From NCBI RefSeq assembly GCF_006345805.1, contig NW_021830455.1:1-64000 (forward strand): DNA of 64,000 nucleotides, written 5' to 3'. The position numbers were made by a program, and so were the translations under genes. The stretch comes from Octopus sinensis (Eukaryota). The notes under the pieces are model-generated. The model was not told where the DNA came from. It searched no databases and saw only the letters and a list, made by a program, of their open reading frames with translations. Positions 26,519 through 39,366 of this stretch are shown in pieces. Position 1 is the stretch's first letter. Every line of letters begins with the position of its first letter.

Positions 26519-27261
26519 AGTACTTCGGACTATCACTTAGTTTTCGCGAACTAAATCCCCTCACATGGCATTAAGCCACCCGAGGCTCCAGTAGAAGACC
26601 CTTGTCCAAAGTGAAGCGCACGGTAGTGACCCAGAAACAACTCGACTGGAAAGTCACCTACTAAACCATGCAGCCATAGTTGGACCTCATTGTGTCCAAC
26701 ATTTCCAGTATGTCTTCGATTTCCTTCCATAGTCAGAGTGTTTTCCATTTTCTCTTGTTTATGTTAAAGAGGTTGCTGGGAGTATTTTTTTTGGCGTTCC
26801 GTAATGGAAATTGTAGAAGCAGTAGCCTCGAAGGCATCTTGTGGAAAGTAAAATAGTAGCATAAATGACACACAGAGAAACGCTGCGATTCATTTCGAAT
26901 ATAATTCTGTGAAAGTCTCTTATCATGAGAAATGCTTGAGGGCAATTTCGCTCCTCGCATTTCAGCATTTACATGATGTTGTGAAACTTTTTACCTGCTG
27001 CACGGAAAAACCAATAGAAAAGCGAACGTTTTTTAATTAAAATTTCACCTGTAGACGAAGTTTCATTGACGAGAGCGAATAAAACCGAAACAGTCCGAAA
27101 TTTTTACAACACTGCGCTTCTTTAGACTCGCCACTACATTTTACATTTGGTGTATTTTACATAATCTAATTATCAGTGTCGTTAAAATAAGTAGTTTATT
27201 TAATTATTTATTTTCATTACAAATGTGAATTTGCATAATGGAAGGTTATTAATTTATTAAT

Positions 27262-27686
27262 CTTTTACTCTTTTACTTGTTTCAGTAATTTGTGTGAGGC
27301 CATGCTGGAGTACCGCGTTTAGTCGAGCAAATCGACCCCAGGACTTATTCTTTGTAAGCCTAGTACTTATTCTATCGGTCTCTCTTGCCGAACCGCTAAT
27401 GTTACGGGGACGTAAACACACCAGCATCGGTTGTCAAGCGATGCTGGAGGAACAAACACAGACACACAAACATACACACACACATACAAACATATATATA
27501 TATATACATACATACATACATATATACGACGGGCTTCTTTCAGTTTCCGTCTACCAAATCCACTCACAAGGCTTTGGTCGGCCCGAAGCTATAGTAGCAG
27601 ATACTCGCCCAAGGTGCCACGCAGTGGTACCGAACCCAGAACCATGTGGTTCGTAAGCAAGCTACATACCACACAGCTACTCCTAC
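27262..27686 (-). mobile_element. SINE family A, full length
   Basis: Complete head, internal microsatellite and GTAAAAGA tail on the minus strand. Confidence 0.95.
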
Positions 27687-28062
27687 TCAAATTCCGTTCG
27701 CGGTTATACGTTGTGAAGGATTTAGGTCCTGTCCCTTCTCTCACCCCTGCAAGCGTGCTTTATAATATTGTGTAGACATCGTATATGTCTAACCCACATC
27801 CGGGTTAGACATATATCTGATTTTCTTCCAACAGGTGAGATGAAATTTCTTATGGTCGTTGCCCGCACACATCTTTGCCCGTATATACAGGGAAGCTTTA
27901 TGAAAGCATCGTATATTATCGACTGCTATTTCCAGTAAATATTGGTTCACTGTTGTACCACCATTCTATGATTATATTTATAATTTAACCGTATGGTCCT
28001 TTATTTTACTGGAAAACAATACTCTTACATTTAACGTTTTTCTTATATATAATATATATATA

Positions 28063-28112
<50 letters not shown>

Positions 28113-28228
28113 ATTAGTAAAAAACACCTATTATCAATTCAATAATGAAAAATTAAATTATGCCATTTAGAAAAATTATTATTGAATTGATGGTTTTTTT
28201 TTCTCTAATTTTTATATATATATATAGT

Positions 28229-28294
<66 letters not shown>

Positions 28295-29824
28295 CATACA
28301 CACACTCATATATATTATCTTTTATCCTTTACTTGTTTCAGTCATTAGACTGCGGTCATGCTATAGCATCATACACACATACACATGCACACTCATACAC
28401 AGACTTACACACACACACATAATACATACATACACACTCATGAACGCGCACAAAGTCATTCCCATTTAGGCAGGTATACATACATGCAAGCACATTAGTG
28501 AGAGAGTGTGTTATGTACATGTTCGCCAATTTTACACTGCCGTGTGCCGATCGCAGTGTATTGCAAACAATGGTTTGTTAGAAAGAAAATAAAAGATTTT
28601 ACGAATATATTGAAAATTCAATCCAAATACTTACCTCGAGTACAGTTAGTCTAAGTAAATTGGATTATAAACCTGCTTCAGTTAATTGGTGTGCATCGCC
28701 GGCTGCTGTGCGAGGCTCTTTATGGCTTTATTCCGTTTGGATTATTTGGAAGTCATTTGATATTCAAACCGAATTAGTCGAATCGATTTTCAAACAAAGG
28801 AAGTCCGGCAGAATTTTTGGCCCCCATGGCAATGGAAAACTATGATCGTTGTTTCTGAGTGATTAAAGCTGAATTATTTAAGATCAAAGACAGGAAGGAA
28901 AGAGAATATCTGTTCGTTGGTAGAAGCAATGCAGATGATAGGTCGCGACCTTCTTAACGGGTGCATTTTCTTGGTGCATTTTCCGTAATGAGCGCATTGG
29001 TCTCAAATGATTTGTATAAGAGAATGCAAAGCAGGATGTTAATAAGGATGGGTGCAACAAATATTATTAACGATGCAGACAGAAAGACGTCACAGGCTTA
29101 ACGCGAGTGAAACCATAGAAAGTATTTCGGTGCAGAACGGATTACGATGAAATAATCTTTTCCATAAAAGTTTAAGATGCAGTAAAAGCAAACTTGGATT
29201 TATGAGATTTTGTTATTTTCATGCAATTTTAAATGGAAGAATGTACATAAATTAGCAGGAATTTAATGGTGATCGTATAAGTCTCTTGTATAACAAACTG
29301 AAGACGGATTTAATAATAGAAATCATTAGAAAGTGGAACTGTATTGACTGCATAAAAGGTATTAGTGATTGAATTTAACGTTGATGAATCTAGTTCGGAT
29401 AACATAAATAATGGCATCACTTCTCTTTCCCTTATGACTGAACCGAATTGTTATTCACGTTTTCCTCTTACGCTAAGAAGAAAAATCTTATCATGAGATA
29501 GACCAGTGGCTGACAGTGATTCTTTGACAAACTATTTAGGTGAAATATTCCCGTGACAATCCAAAGGTGGATTTTTTTTTGTTTCATTTAACTTGTTTTT
29601 TTTTTCTATTATTTTCTAATTTTTTTTCTACTGGACACCATTTTGTCGGTCTTAGCAAAATCCGAGGAAGTGAAACAAGAATGAAAGAAAATAAAAATAA
29701 ATGTCAAGACTTGATTAGTACAATATTTCTCGTCCCTCGAAAGGACGAGAGGCATAGCTGAGCAGGATGGGATGCAAGTTCCGAGGACAGAGTGGAAGAG
29801 AGAGAGAGGGATTACAAATTCTAC

Positions 29825-30010
29825 ATGGTGGAGGCGCATGGCTTAGTTGTTAGGGTGTTGGACTTCTTATCGTAAAACTGTGGTTTCGATTCCTGGCCAG
29901 GGCAATGCGTTATTTTCTTGAGCAAAACACGCCATTCCACGTTGTCCCAATTCATTCGACTTGCAGAAATTATTACCCCTGTGATGGACCAACCTCCCGT
30001 ACAGAAAGGT
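29825..30010 (+). mobile_element. tRNA-headed SINE (family C-like)
   Basis: GGAGGCGCATGGCTTAGTTGTTAGGGTG...GGTTTCGATTCCTGG...TTCTTGAGCAAAACAC...CCTGTGATGGACC. Confidence 0.7.
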
Positions 30011-30034
30011 ACTTGTATATACATTTTCATTTAT

Positions 30035-30243
30035 TCTTTTACCTGTTTCAGTCATTTCCCTGCGGCCATGCTGGAGCACCACCTTTACTCGAACAAATCA
30101 ACCCCAGGATTTATTCTTTGCTAGCCTAGTACTTATTCTATCGATCTCTTGTGCCGACCCGCTAAGTTACGGGAGTGCAAACACACCAACACTCGTTGTC
30201 AAGTGATACACACAGATACACACACGCGCACGCACACACACAT

Positions 30244-30278
<35 letters not shown>

Positions 30279-30395
30279 GATATTTATATACGACGAGCTT
30301 CTTTCAGTTTCCGTCTACCAAATCCACTCACAAGGCTCTGATCGGCCCGAAGCTATAGTAGAAGACACGTACCCAAGGTGTCACGCAATGGGACT
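30035..30395 (-). mobile_element. SINE family A lacking the extreme 5' end
   Basis: Same body and tail as the other A copies. Confidence 0.9.
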
Positions 30396-30494
30396 TCAAA
30401 TTAGAATTCTAATAAGATTTTATCTTACAACCTGCCTATAACGAACTTTTTACTTTTTATATATATATAGATAAGTAAATAAATAAATAAATAA

Positions 30495-30533
<39 letters not shown>

Positions 30534-30536
30534 CAT

Positions 30537-30697
30537 ACGACGAGCTTTCCTCCAATTTCCGGTTATCAAATCTACTCGCAAGAGTTTTATCCGCCTGTTG
30601 CTCCACAAGACCCCTGCCTGAGATGCCACGCAGTGGGACCGAACCCAGAGCCAGAGTTCAGAATCAATCTTCTCGCCACACAGCCACGCCTGCGCCT
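30537..30697 (-). mobile_element. SINE family A, diverged 5' half
   Basis: Reverse complement starts GGCGCAGGCGTGGCTGTGTGG...GGTTCGGTCCCACTGCGTGGCATC. Confidence 0.8.
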
Positions 30698-31214
30698 GAA
30701 CTGAACGACAAGCAGAAGTTTGTCCGACACACTACTGATTTTACAGCTTTCACTCATGCCAGATATTACTAAAGCATATTATACATAAAAATGCTTTGGG
30801 GAAATAAATTAGGAAAAAGAAATCTCTCATTTGAAAAAAGCTATTAAATTATTAAGTCCTTCCTTTTTAATAGTTTGTATATTCATGTTTTGAATCAAAA
30901 ATAGGAAACGGATCCCCAGGCATTTTCGTACAATTTTTGATTCATGAGAAAATTTGCGCAGTTTATTTAAAACGAATAGAGCTAAGTATACTGCGATTAC
31001 CCACGCTACATGAAGTATATTTGTAATTAACATTCCCTGCATTAATTAAGGTTAATTGCGAATTTTCTTTAATGAGAAGTATCAATTAAAACTTGTTCAA
31101 CATTTACGAAAGCTGAGATATCTCCAAGCAGAAGCGAAATAACTAGAGTAATTCTTGTTAATATCGGGTGATTAAAAAGTTAGCGTTGCAAACTACACGA
31201 ACCCGGATTCCAAC

Positions 31215-31285
31215 GCATGCCCCGTCTCGGAATGGAAACCACGATTCTACGACCGCGAGTCCGCTGCCCAAATCATTGGGCCATT

Positions 31286-31286
<1 letters not shown>
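31215..31286 (-). mobile_element. SINE family C head
   Basis: Reverse complement CAATGGCCCAATGATTTGGGCAGCGGACTCGCGGTCG matches the 14940 copy; abuts (GATA)n. Confidence 0.8.
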
Positions 31287-31365
<79 letters not shown>

Positions 31366-31383
31366 TGTAGATAGATAAGTATG

Positions 31384-31473
<90 letters not shown>
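31287..31473. repeat. (GATA)n microsatellite
   Basis: Direct reading of the sequence. Confidence 0.97.
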
Positions 31474-32272
31474 TTTGTATATGCATGTCATATGCAATGG
31501 ATTGACTGGAGAGAATCATCGAGCTGCTTTGAAAACGCAAACAATAAAAATAATAAAATGTAAATCCACCCTAGCGTCAAACAACAAAATTTGACAAAAA
31601 AGAAGCCACCAAAAGCCTCTATTTTTGTGCGGTCTCTGTGTTTTGACATCGGTCTGACACAGACATAGATGGATCAAAATTGTTGATCCACGTCTTGTTG
31701 TGATGGAAAGACGACCTCGCTAGAACATTATTGTATATATTTGATTGGCAGAACGCCAGGAAATCTAAGCTGGAGTCCGGATATGCAAAAGTAACAGATA
31801 ACACATTTGCACACATTCATGTGTAGAAATATGTACGCGAGTCTCTTTCTCTCTATATATATATTGATGTGTATGTATATATTAGGTCGACCATTGCAAA
31901 GGAAACTTCGATGAGATCTTCAGCAGGAAATCGTTTGACTTTGACAGCCTGACAAAGACCTGTCGACATGACCAGTCAGCAAGCTTTTATAGTAAACTTC
32001 TCCTTTATATATTTGTTTGTTGGCTTTGCTTTGTCAGCAATGATAAATAAATTTGGGGGGAATGTTGTTAACAGAACGAAGGATAAGTATGGAGGCTGGA
32101 TAAGATTTCATTTTTTTCCCCTTTACCTTTTGGACCAGTTTGTCTTTTTTACGGAATACACTGTCATGCGTGCACATATATAAGTATATGCGTATGTATC
32201 CGGTTAAATATACATACACATAACTATCTACTTATATATATATATACATATACATATACATATATATATATC

Positions 32273-32305
<33 letters not shown>

Positions 32306-33035
32306 GTATGTATACGTATATATATATATATGTATATATATATATGTATATGTATGTATATATGTATATATATGTATATATATGTATGTATATAAAATAT
32401 GTGTGTATATATGTACATAGTTTTATATATATATACAGTTATATATGAGTATAAAAGAGGCAACAAGGATTAAAAGAGCATTTTTGTCGAGTAGCAGACC
32501 GTCGGCTATCTATTCTGTAAATTCTTAAGGTATCAGCTTGACAGTGGTGCTGGAATCTTCAAGAGAAATTCTTCTGGATTAAATATATTCATTGTTGATT
32601 TTTTTGTAGTTGTTCTCCTACTTCTGAGCCTTTTTCCTGCTTCCTATATTTTTTGTCATGTTTTTCGTATGCTTTTCTTGAATTGTTTATGTTTTGTTGT
32701 TTTTTTTTGCTTTTTAAATCTCTGTAAAGTTGATTGCTTTAAGTGTTTTGATTGGTTGGCCAAATGTAGCAAAGTCAATGTCTTAATGACTTTTCATCGC
32801 CGATGTCGACTCAATTGTCATCATCATCATAATCATCCCCCTTCCCCTCCTCATCATCATCGTCATCATCATCATCAGCATCATGGAAATCATCGACATC
32901 ATCTTCATCGTCGTCGTCAGTTATGAAAATGGATGAAAGATGAAACAAAAAGTACTCAGTTATTCTGTTGTCAGTCTGTCATATAATAAAGTAGTCGCAA
33001 TCATCATCAACATCATCATCATCATCATCGGCATC

Positions 33036-33067
<32 letters not shown>

Positions 33068-33333
33068 CATTATCATCGGTAGCAGCATCATCATCAGCAT
33101 CATCACCATTATCATATTTATTGCCATCCGTGTCGTCATCATCATCATCAGCATCATCATCGTCGTCGTCGTCGTCGTCGTCGTCATCGTCGTCATCAGT
33201 TGCAAAATCCCCTTTCTCCTCCTCCTCCTCATTATTTTTATTATAGTTATCATTATTATTATTAACAAGGTGGCAACCTGGCAGAAACGTTAGCACGCCG
33301 GGCAAGAGGCTTAACAGCATATACATATATGGC

Positions 33334-33682
33334 CACAGGACGTCACAGAACGTAAACAACATGAAATCCGAAAACAACATGGAATAAGAAATACGAAAAC
33401 GTGGAATACGATATTTATGAGCGAACAACGAAAGAAACGAATAGAAAATAAGACAAGCAATATAAAAAAAACCGACATTCCATCAGTTATCGGCTGTTGT
33501 TCTCGAAATACGGAGGAGAAAAACAGCCGACAACTGATGAAGGGCCATTTTTATGTTGCTTATCTTGTTTTCCAGTTGTTTCATTTGTTGTTCGCAAAAA
33601 TAGTTCGTATTCCATGTTTTCATATTTCGTATTTCATTTTGTTTTCGGACTTCATGGTGTTTATGTTCTGTGACGTCCTGTG
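33334..33682. mobile_element. Foldback element: about 170 bp imperfect inverted arms with a very short spacer
   Basis: Left arm CACAGGACGTCACAGAACGTAAACAACATGAAATCCGAAAAC... is the reverse complement of ...GTTTTCGGACTTCATGGTGTTTATGTTCTGTGACGTCCTGTG; pairing continues inward to CAGTTATCGGCTGTTGTTCTC / GAGAAAAACAGCCGACAACTG. Confidence 0.85.
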
Positions 33683-33707
33683 CATGCATACGTATGTACA
33701 TATATGT

Positions 33708-33796
<89 letters not shown>

Positions 33797-34113
33797 GTAC
33801 GTATGTATATATTCATGTAAAAGTAAGATACAAGGATCCAAGTGTAGGTAGTTAATAAGCTTCGAGCTGTCTGTAATAGTTATAAAAATAAAGAACTTTC
33901 TGGAACAGAAGTGGTTTATAGAAGTTCGATAAGCTGGAAAAAGTTATTTTATCGCTCACGGTTACCAACTGGGGTTGCTATTGAGAGATACCCTTCGGTC
34001 ATGAATTACTATGGGATTGCACCTAGAAAGTTACCTTCCTTAGATGTCCTTCAAAATTACATTTTACCAACTTCATAAAGTTCACATTTGACTCTGTACT
34101 CCTTAATATACTA

Positions 34114-34296
34114 CAATAATCCCTCGACTATCGTGAGAGTTAGGTTCCAAAACCTCCCACAGAAATAATCAAGATTTAAAAAGGAACCCGCGATATACTG
34201 AGGATTCCGCGATATAATTTTACATATATTAGCCATAAAAATCTGCGATGTGTTAAGTGTGCGATAGGGCAACCGCGATATGGTGAGGAATTACTG
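34114..34296. mobile_element. pogo/Tigger-like MITE
   Basis: TA|CAATAATCCCTCGACTATCG...CGCGATATGGTGAGGAATTACTG|TA, with subterminal GGTTCCAAAACCTCCC typical of Tigger-type ends. Confidence 0.75.
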
Positions 34297-34797
34297 TATA
34301 CCTAGGTAAAATGACAAATCGATCACACCGGAATTTATTTGGTGCTATGTGACCCTGGTCAGTTCGATGAATGATTGAGCTACGCGATAAATAGTAGGTA
34401 ATCGATCACAATAAATATTAGCTGAGAGAGAAGCGATGAAACTCAAAGTCGAAGCAATGAGTGAGATTTGAACTCGCAACGAACTCTACCAAAATATGAT
34501 GACGCTTCTGAGAGTTTGAAAGTTCCGACACCGTTCGTTGTGTGAAATACTAAAAAAAAATAAGGTTAGAGAAACGGCTTGACGTAAATATAAGAAACAA
34601 AACTTATACATACATACAAACAGTTATTCATAGATACACACTAACACACACACACCAACACACACACACATACACACACACACATACATACATATATATA
34701 CATATATATACAGAGAAAGAGAGAGAGATACAGATACACATATATATAATATATATAATATATACATATATAATACAGATACCTATATTATATACAT

Positions 34798-34840
<43 letters not shown>

Positions 34841-35189
34841 CATACACGCACACATATATATATAATGTATGGATAAAGATATACTTGAATTCTGATATTT
34901 TTATGATTATTGATAACGTTTTCTTTTTCTTTTTCTTCTTTTTTTTGTATTTAACAGTAAGGCTAGAGTTGGTGAATTTGGGAAAAAATCCCTAAAAGTA
35001 TGGAACACACACATAATGTGAAAGGTCATTCGTATTTTATTCGGACTTGGAAAATGAATGACCTTTGCCACCTTCCATAATATTCCATCTTGTTTTCAAA
35101 CGTTTGTGTGTATGTTTTTTTGTTCCTTTTCAATTTGAAAAGCAGAATGTTGAAAAATACTCCATATATACAAACCTACATATGCATAC

Positions 35190-35286
<97 letters not shown>

Positions 35287-35313
35287 GTATGTATGTATAT
35301 ATATATATGTATG

Positions 35314-35382
<69 letters not shown>

Positions 35383-35824
35383 TATACATAGTATTTTTTG
35401 CCATATAAAAGGGTTCAAATATTTTGTATTTGGGAAAAGGCGCATGCCATTCTATTGTGAAGAATTGTGTTGATATACGCCTCTTGATGTGTGTGCGAGT
35501 TTTTTTCTTTGTTTGGTTGAATGTTTGTGTGTTTGTTTGCGTGTGTTTGCGTATGAGAGGGTGTCCGTTCGTCTTCGTGTGAGAGCGCATGTGAGTTTTT
35601 GCTTAAGTTTGCTAGATAAACATAACATTTCAATATCGTTTCCAGCGATTAGAAATGGCAAAACAAACCAAATAAGATATGAGATACACGCAAGTATATG
35701 TGTGTGTGTGTGTGTATGTGTGTATTCATATATTATATACATAAGTATATATATTATATATATGTATATATGCATATATATATATATAAACTTACATTTA
35801 TATGCACACATACGAACACAGTCG

Positions 35825-35865
<41 letters not shown>

Positions 35866-36364
35866 GTGTGCGTGCGTGTGCTTATGTATGTATATCTGTT
35901 GTCGAAGGGGGCTGGAGATTAAAATAACAATGATAGCGAAAGTTTAAAAAGTTTTATGGAACTTTGAAATATCTTCGAAATTTTCTGGCATTTTAAATTT
36001 CAACTTGGAACTTTCTAAAGGAATTCCAATATCTCACTTCCAAACGTTCTTAAAGGTTACTTAACAAAAAGCTTTTCGATAATCGAGTTGAGACCTTTCA
36101 CGCCTCTTACCTCAGAATAAACAGAAAAATTCCTCCAAACACAGACACAGTCTCATATATACACACATCTATATATACACATAAATATCTATGACTATGA
36201 ATGTGTGTGCGTATGTATATATATATATATATGCATATACGAAAGTGTGTGCTTGTGTGAGTGTATGGTTAGGTATGTAACTTTGTGTGTAGATAGGTAG
36301 TTAGTTGTATAGAGATATTCATTTCAAATTTTGGTACAATGCTAGAAATTTTGTGGTAAATTGT

Positions 36365-36520
36365 AAGTGGTTTGCATCGACCCCAAAGCTCAAGTGGTAC
36401 TTGTATCATCGACCTTGTAAGATAATAGCAAAGCCAACCTTGCGGGAATTTGAACTCAGAAAGCAGAAAGCAACGAAATGCCGCTAAGCATTTTTGCCCG
36501 ACCTCCTCACGATTTTGCCT
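36365..36520 (-). mobile_element. SINE family B, diverged
   Basis: GAATTTGAACTCAGAA...GAAATGCCGCTAAGCATTTTTGCCCG is the reverse complement of the B head. Confidence 0.8.
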
Positions 36521-36635
36521 TGATGAAATCATCAAAGAATTGATACAAGTCAAGTTTCTGCTCAAAACGCTTTTCGTGAATTTGTGGATCGAGGGATATG
36601 CTGTAAATTGAAAAGGATTTTCATGTACATGAATA

Positions 36636-36789
36636 GGCGCAGGCCTGGTTGTGTGGTAAGAAACTTGATTACCAACAACATATTTCCGCGTTCAATCCCT
36701 CTGCGTGGTACCCTTGTCAAGTGTCTTCTACTATATTTCCGGTCCGACCAAAGCATTGCGAGTGGATTTGTTAAAGGGAAACTGAAAAC

Positions 36790-36827
<38 letters not shown>

Positions 36828-37095
36828 CATGTTCGCTTAGCGACCGGGGTGGCGTCATTTGAAGGTTAAAACAATGCGAAGCGCATTGTGACCACCGATG
36901 TGTAGCAACATCTGATAACCACGGTTAGTGTGTTTACGTCCACATGAATTAGCGAATCAGTAGAAGAGACCAATATCATAATACGTATTAGGCTATTAAA
37001 AAATATAAGTGCTGGTGTCGATTTGTTCCACTAAAACCCTTCTAACCGGTGCCCCAGCATGGCCGCAGTCAAATGACCGAAAGAAGTAATAAAAT
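36636..37095 (+). mobile_element. SINE family A variant carrying an extra insert of about 100 bp in its microsatellite
   Basis: Head and 3' body recognisable; 36826-36925 is absent from the other A copies. Confidence 0.8.
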
Positions 37096-38396
37096 ATGTA
37101 CATAAAAGCATTTAGAACGATCCATTAATTCCCCACCCCAGATCACACCCTTATCCCCCTTTCGTTGTCAACATGGCGCACAATACATTTTAAAGCATTC
37201 AATATTCGGTCATTCGTTTTCCTGGGAACATCAACCATCCACACCCATTCAAATCCCACACTAATCTCTGTTGTACCGATTAATGAAAAAACACATTACA
37301 TGGTCTAATCCAGTGCAGACCATAAAATACAGGATTATCGCAGCTGGAATTATTTTTATCCTAATTCTGCCGATTCAGTATTGTCTTGACTAAGCACTAA
37401 TTACAAATACCCCAGAAACATTTATTTTTCTTCTATATTTTTCACTGTCTTTGATTTCATATCGAACCGATATACCATAAGAAGAGAATTAAATATTTTC
37501 ATTTTTAATAGCTCCTTATTTTTCGTATGAAGTCCGTATTTTCTGCTACACACCTAAGTTTTTTGGCAAGAAATCTGGTTTCGATATACATTATATAATC
37601 ATTAGCTTATAGTACTGGTTGTTGAATGCACTTTATGCATGTACTCCAATTTCAGCATCATTTAATTAGTTTTCATTTAATAATTAATTATATCTTGTTT
37701 TTGGTATTATTTAATTATATTTTATTAATTATTTTGTCATTCATTTACGAGGATTTTTTTGATTAACAAGTTCGTTGGAAGTCCTCCATGCTTCTGTGCA
37801 GGATATAAGGGGCTGAACACGGAAATATTAAAGCTCTTAATCACTACAGAAATACATAAACAGTTTGTACCCCCTTCTAATTAATCCCCCACTCTGCGGA
37901 ATGTCTTTCGGCAGCATCTGTTTCCGCTATACCCTAAGGACTAACTGCTGTATCAATTAACTTTGTTCAGAAATAGTAAAAGAAAAAAAAAATCCAAACA
38001 GTCACAGCTGCTTTATATTCTACTGAAACGAAGTCATAATGTACTTTTAGGTTACTTATGTTTACTGTTGCTGTTCCTGTACTTAAACTTTAGTCAGATC
38101 TGATCGAGAAGCCCTCGGATAAAATTTGTCCCCAGCAGACCAACATGTCCTTTCAAAAATCAAGGACTCCATTACTGAAAGTGTTATTTTCTATTTTCCA
38201 AAGATGCTAAGATGTGATGTAAAGCAGATAGAAATGAAACCGCAAGGTAATATAGCACTGCGCAACAAAATCTTAAGTTTTGTTTTGTCTGGTCAGTAAG
38301 GGTTATTTCCTATTTGATTCTTTCTAGAAATCAAAAAATAAATAATTGTAGCGTGGGCAGTGTTATTAGCCATTTAAGAAACACACAAAAACTGCA

Positions 38397-38537
38397 AGAT
38401 TCACTTCAACATTTAAATTTAATTTGCCAAAATATTTTCGTCGCTTTGAGACAGCGAGCTGCTGTCAGTGAACAGGTGGCGGTCTCAAAGCGACGAAAAT
38501 ATTTTGACAAATTAAATTTAAATGTTGAAGTGAATCT
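38397..38537. repeat. 56 bp inverted repeat (1 mismatch) with a 29 bp spacer; Penelope-like inverted pLTR-type structure
   Basis: 38397-38452 AGATTCACTTCAACATTTAAATTTAATTTGCCAAAATATTTTCGTCGCTTTGAGAC versus 38482-38537. Confidence 0.95.
38463..38509 (+). ncRNA. Minimal type I hammerhead-ribozyme-like motif with compensated G3-C8 core
   Basis: UGUCA-GUGAACA-G-GUGGC(GGUCUCAAA)GCGAC-GAAA-AUAUU-U-UGACA: perfect 5 bp stem I, stem II 4 of 5 pairs, palindromic helix III AAUAUU, triplet UUU. Confidence 0.65.
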
Positions 38538-39366
38538 AACGGTTTTTGTGTGTTTCTTAAACGGCTTGTAAACACCTTCCACGCTGCAATTGTTTTCGTT
38601 CCAGCACACGATCTCAGATCAGGTCACTTGCTATGCAAGTATATCTCCGTAAAAAATAAATAAATAAATTTCCGTCAAATATCTCCGTAATAAATAAATA
38701 AATAACTACTATTTCCTTTAGACATTGCTTTTTGTGAGTTGGTCGTCAATGTTTTAAAACCGATCTGTTTTTTTTTTTTAATATTACATTTCAGACAGAT
38801 TCAGCGCTGAGTGGCTGAAGCAGAATTAAAGTTGTACCAAATATTCTGCTCAGTACCACAGATTTGTAATATGCACAATATGAGCATAGCTGATCACGAG
38901 CAGGAGTAGTGGAGGGGCATCATAGCCATGTGTGGAGAAGGATTTTTTGCGGTTTGAATAAATGTAACAAAAGCAAAGTTTGATGGAGATGTTAGACATT
39001 TTTCAGATATTCTAGGTTTAAGCAAAGAGGAAATAACAGTTGTTACCCAAAGACAAAAACTGTGTTACACAGGGTAATTGCTGTTATTGGAGTCACTTAC
39101 TTCAGCAGACATAATAATCAGTGGACGTCCTTTCATTTTTAAGAGTTGGTTTATTTCGGATGGGTTATGTCGTATTTCTTCAAGACCATACAGTGTAAAT
39201 TAAGAAATATTTAGTTAGTCTAATTAGTGAACCAGTGACGTTGAATACTAGTTCGTTGTTCAGTAGTAAGGTGATGTTCAAAATATAAACCTTTGCTTGC
39301 GTCTTTTGTTCGGTGAAAAGGCAGTGCTCCAGCATGGCCGTATTCACATGACTGAAATATGCAAAA

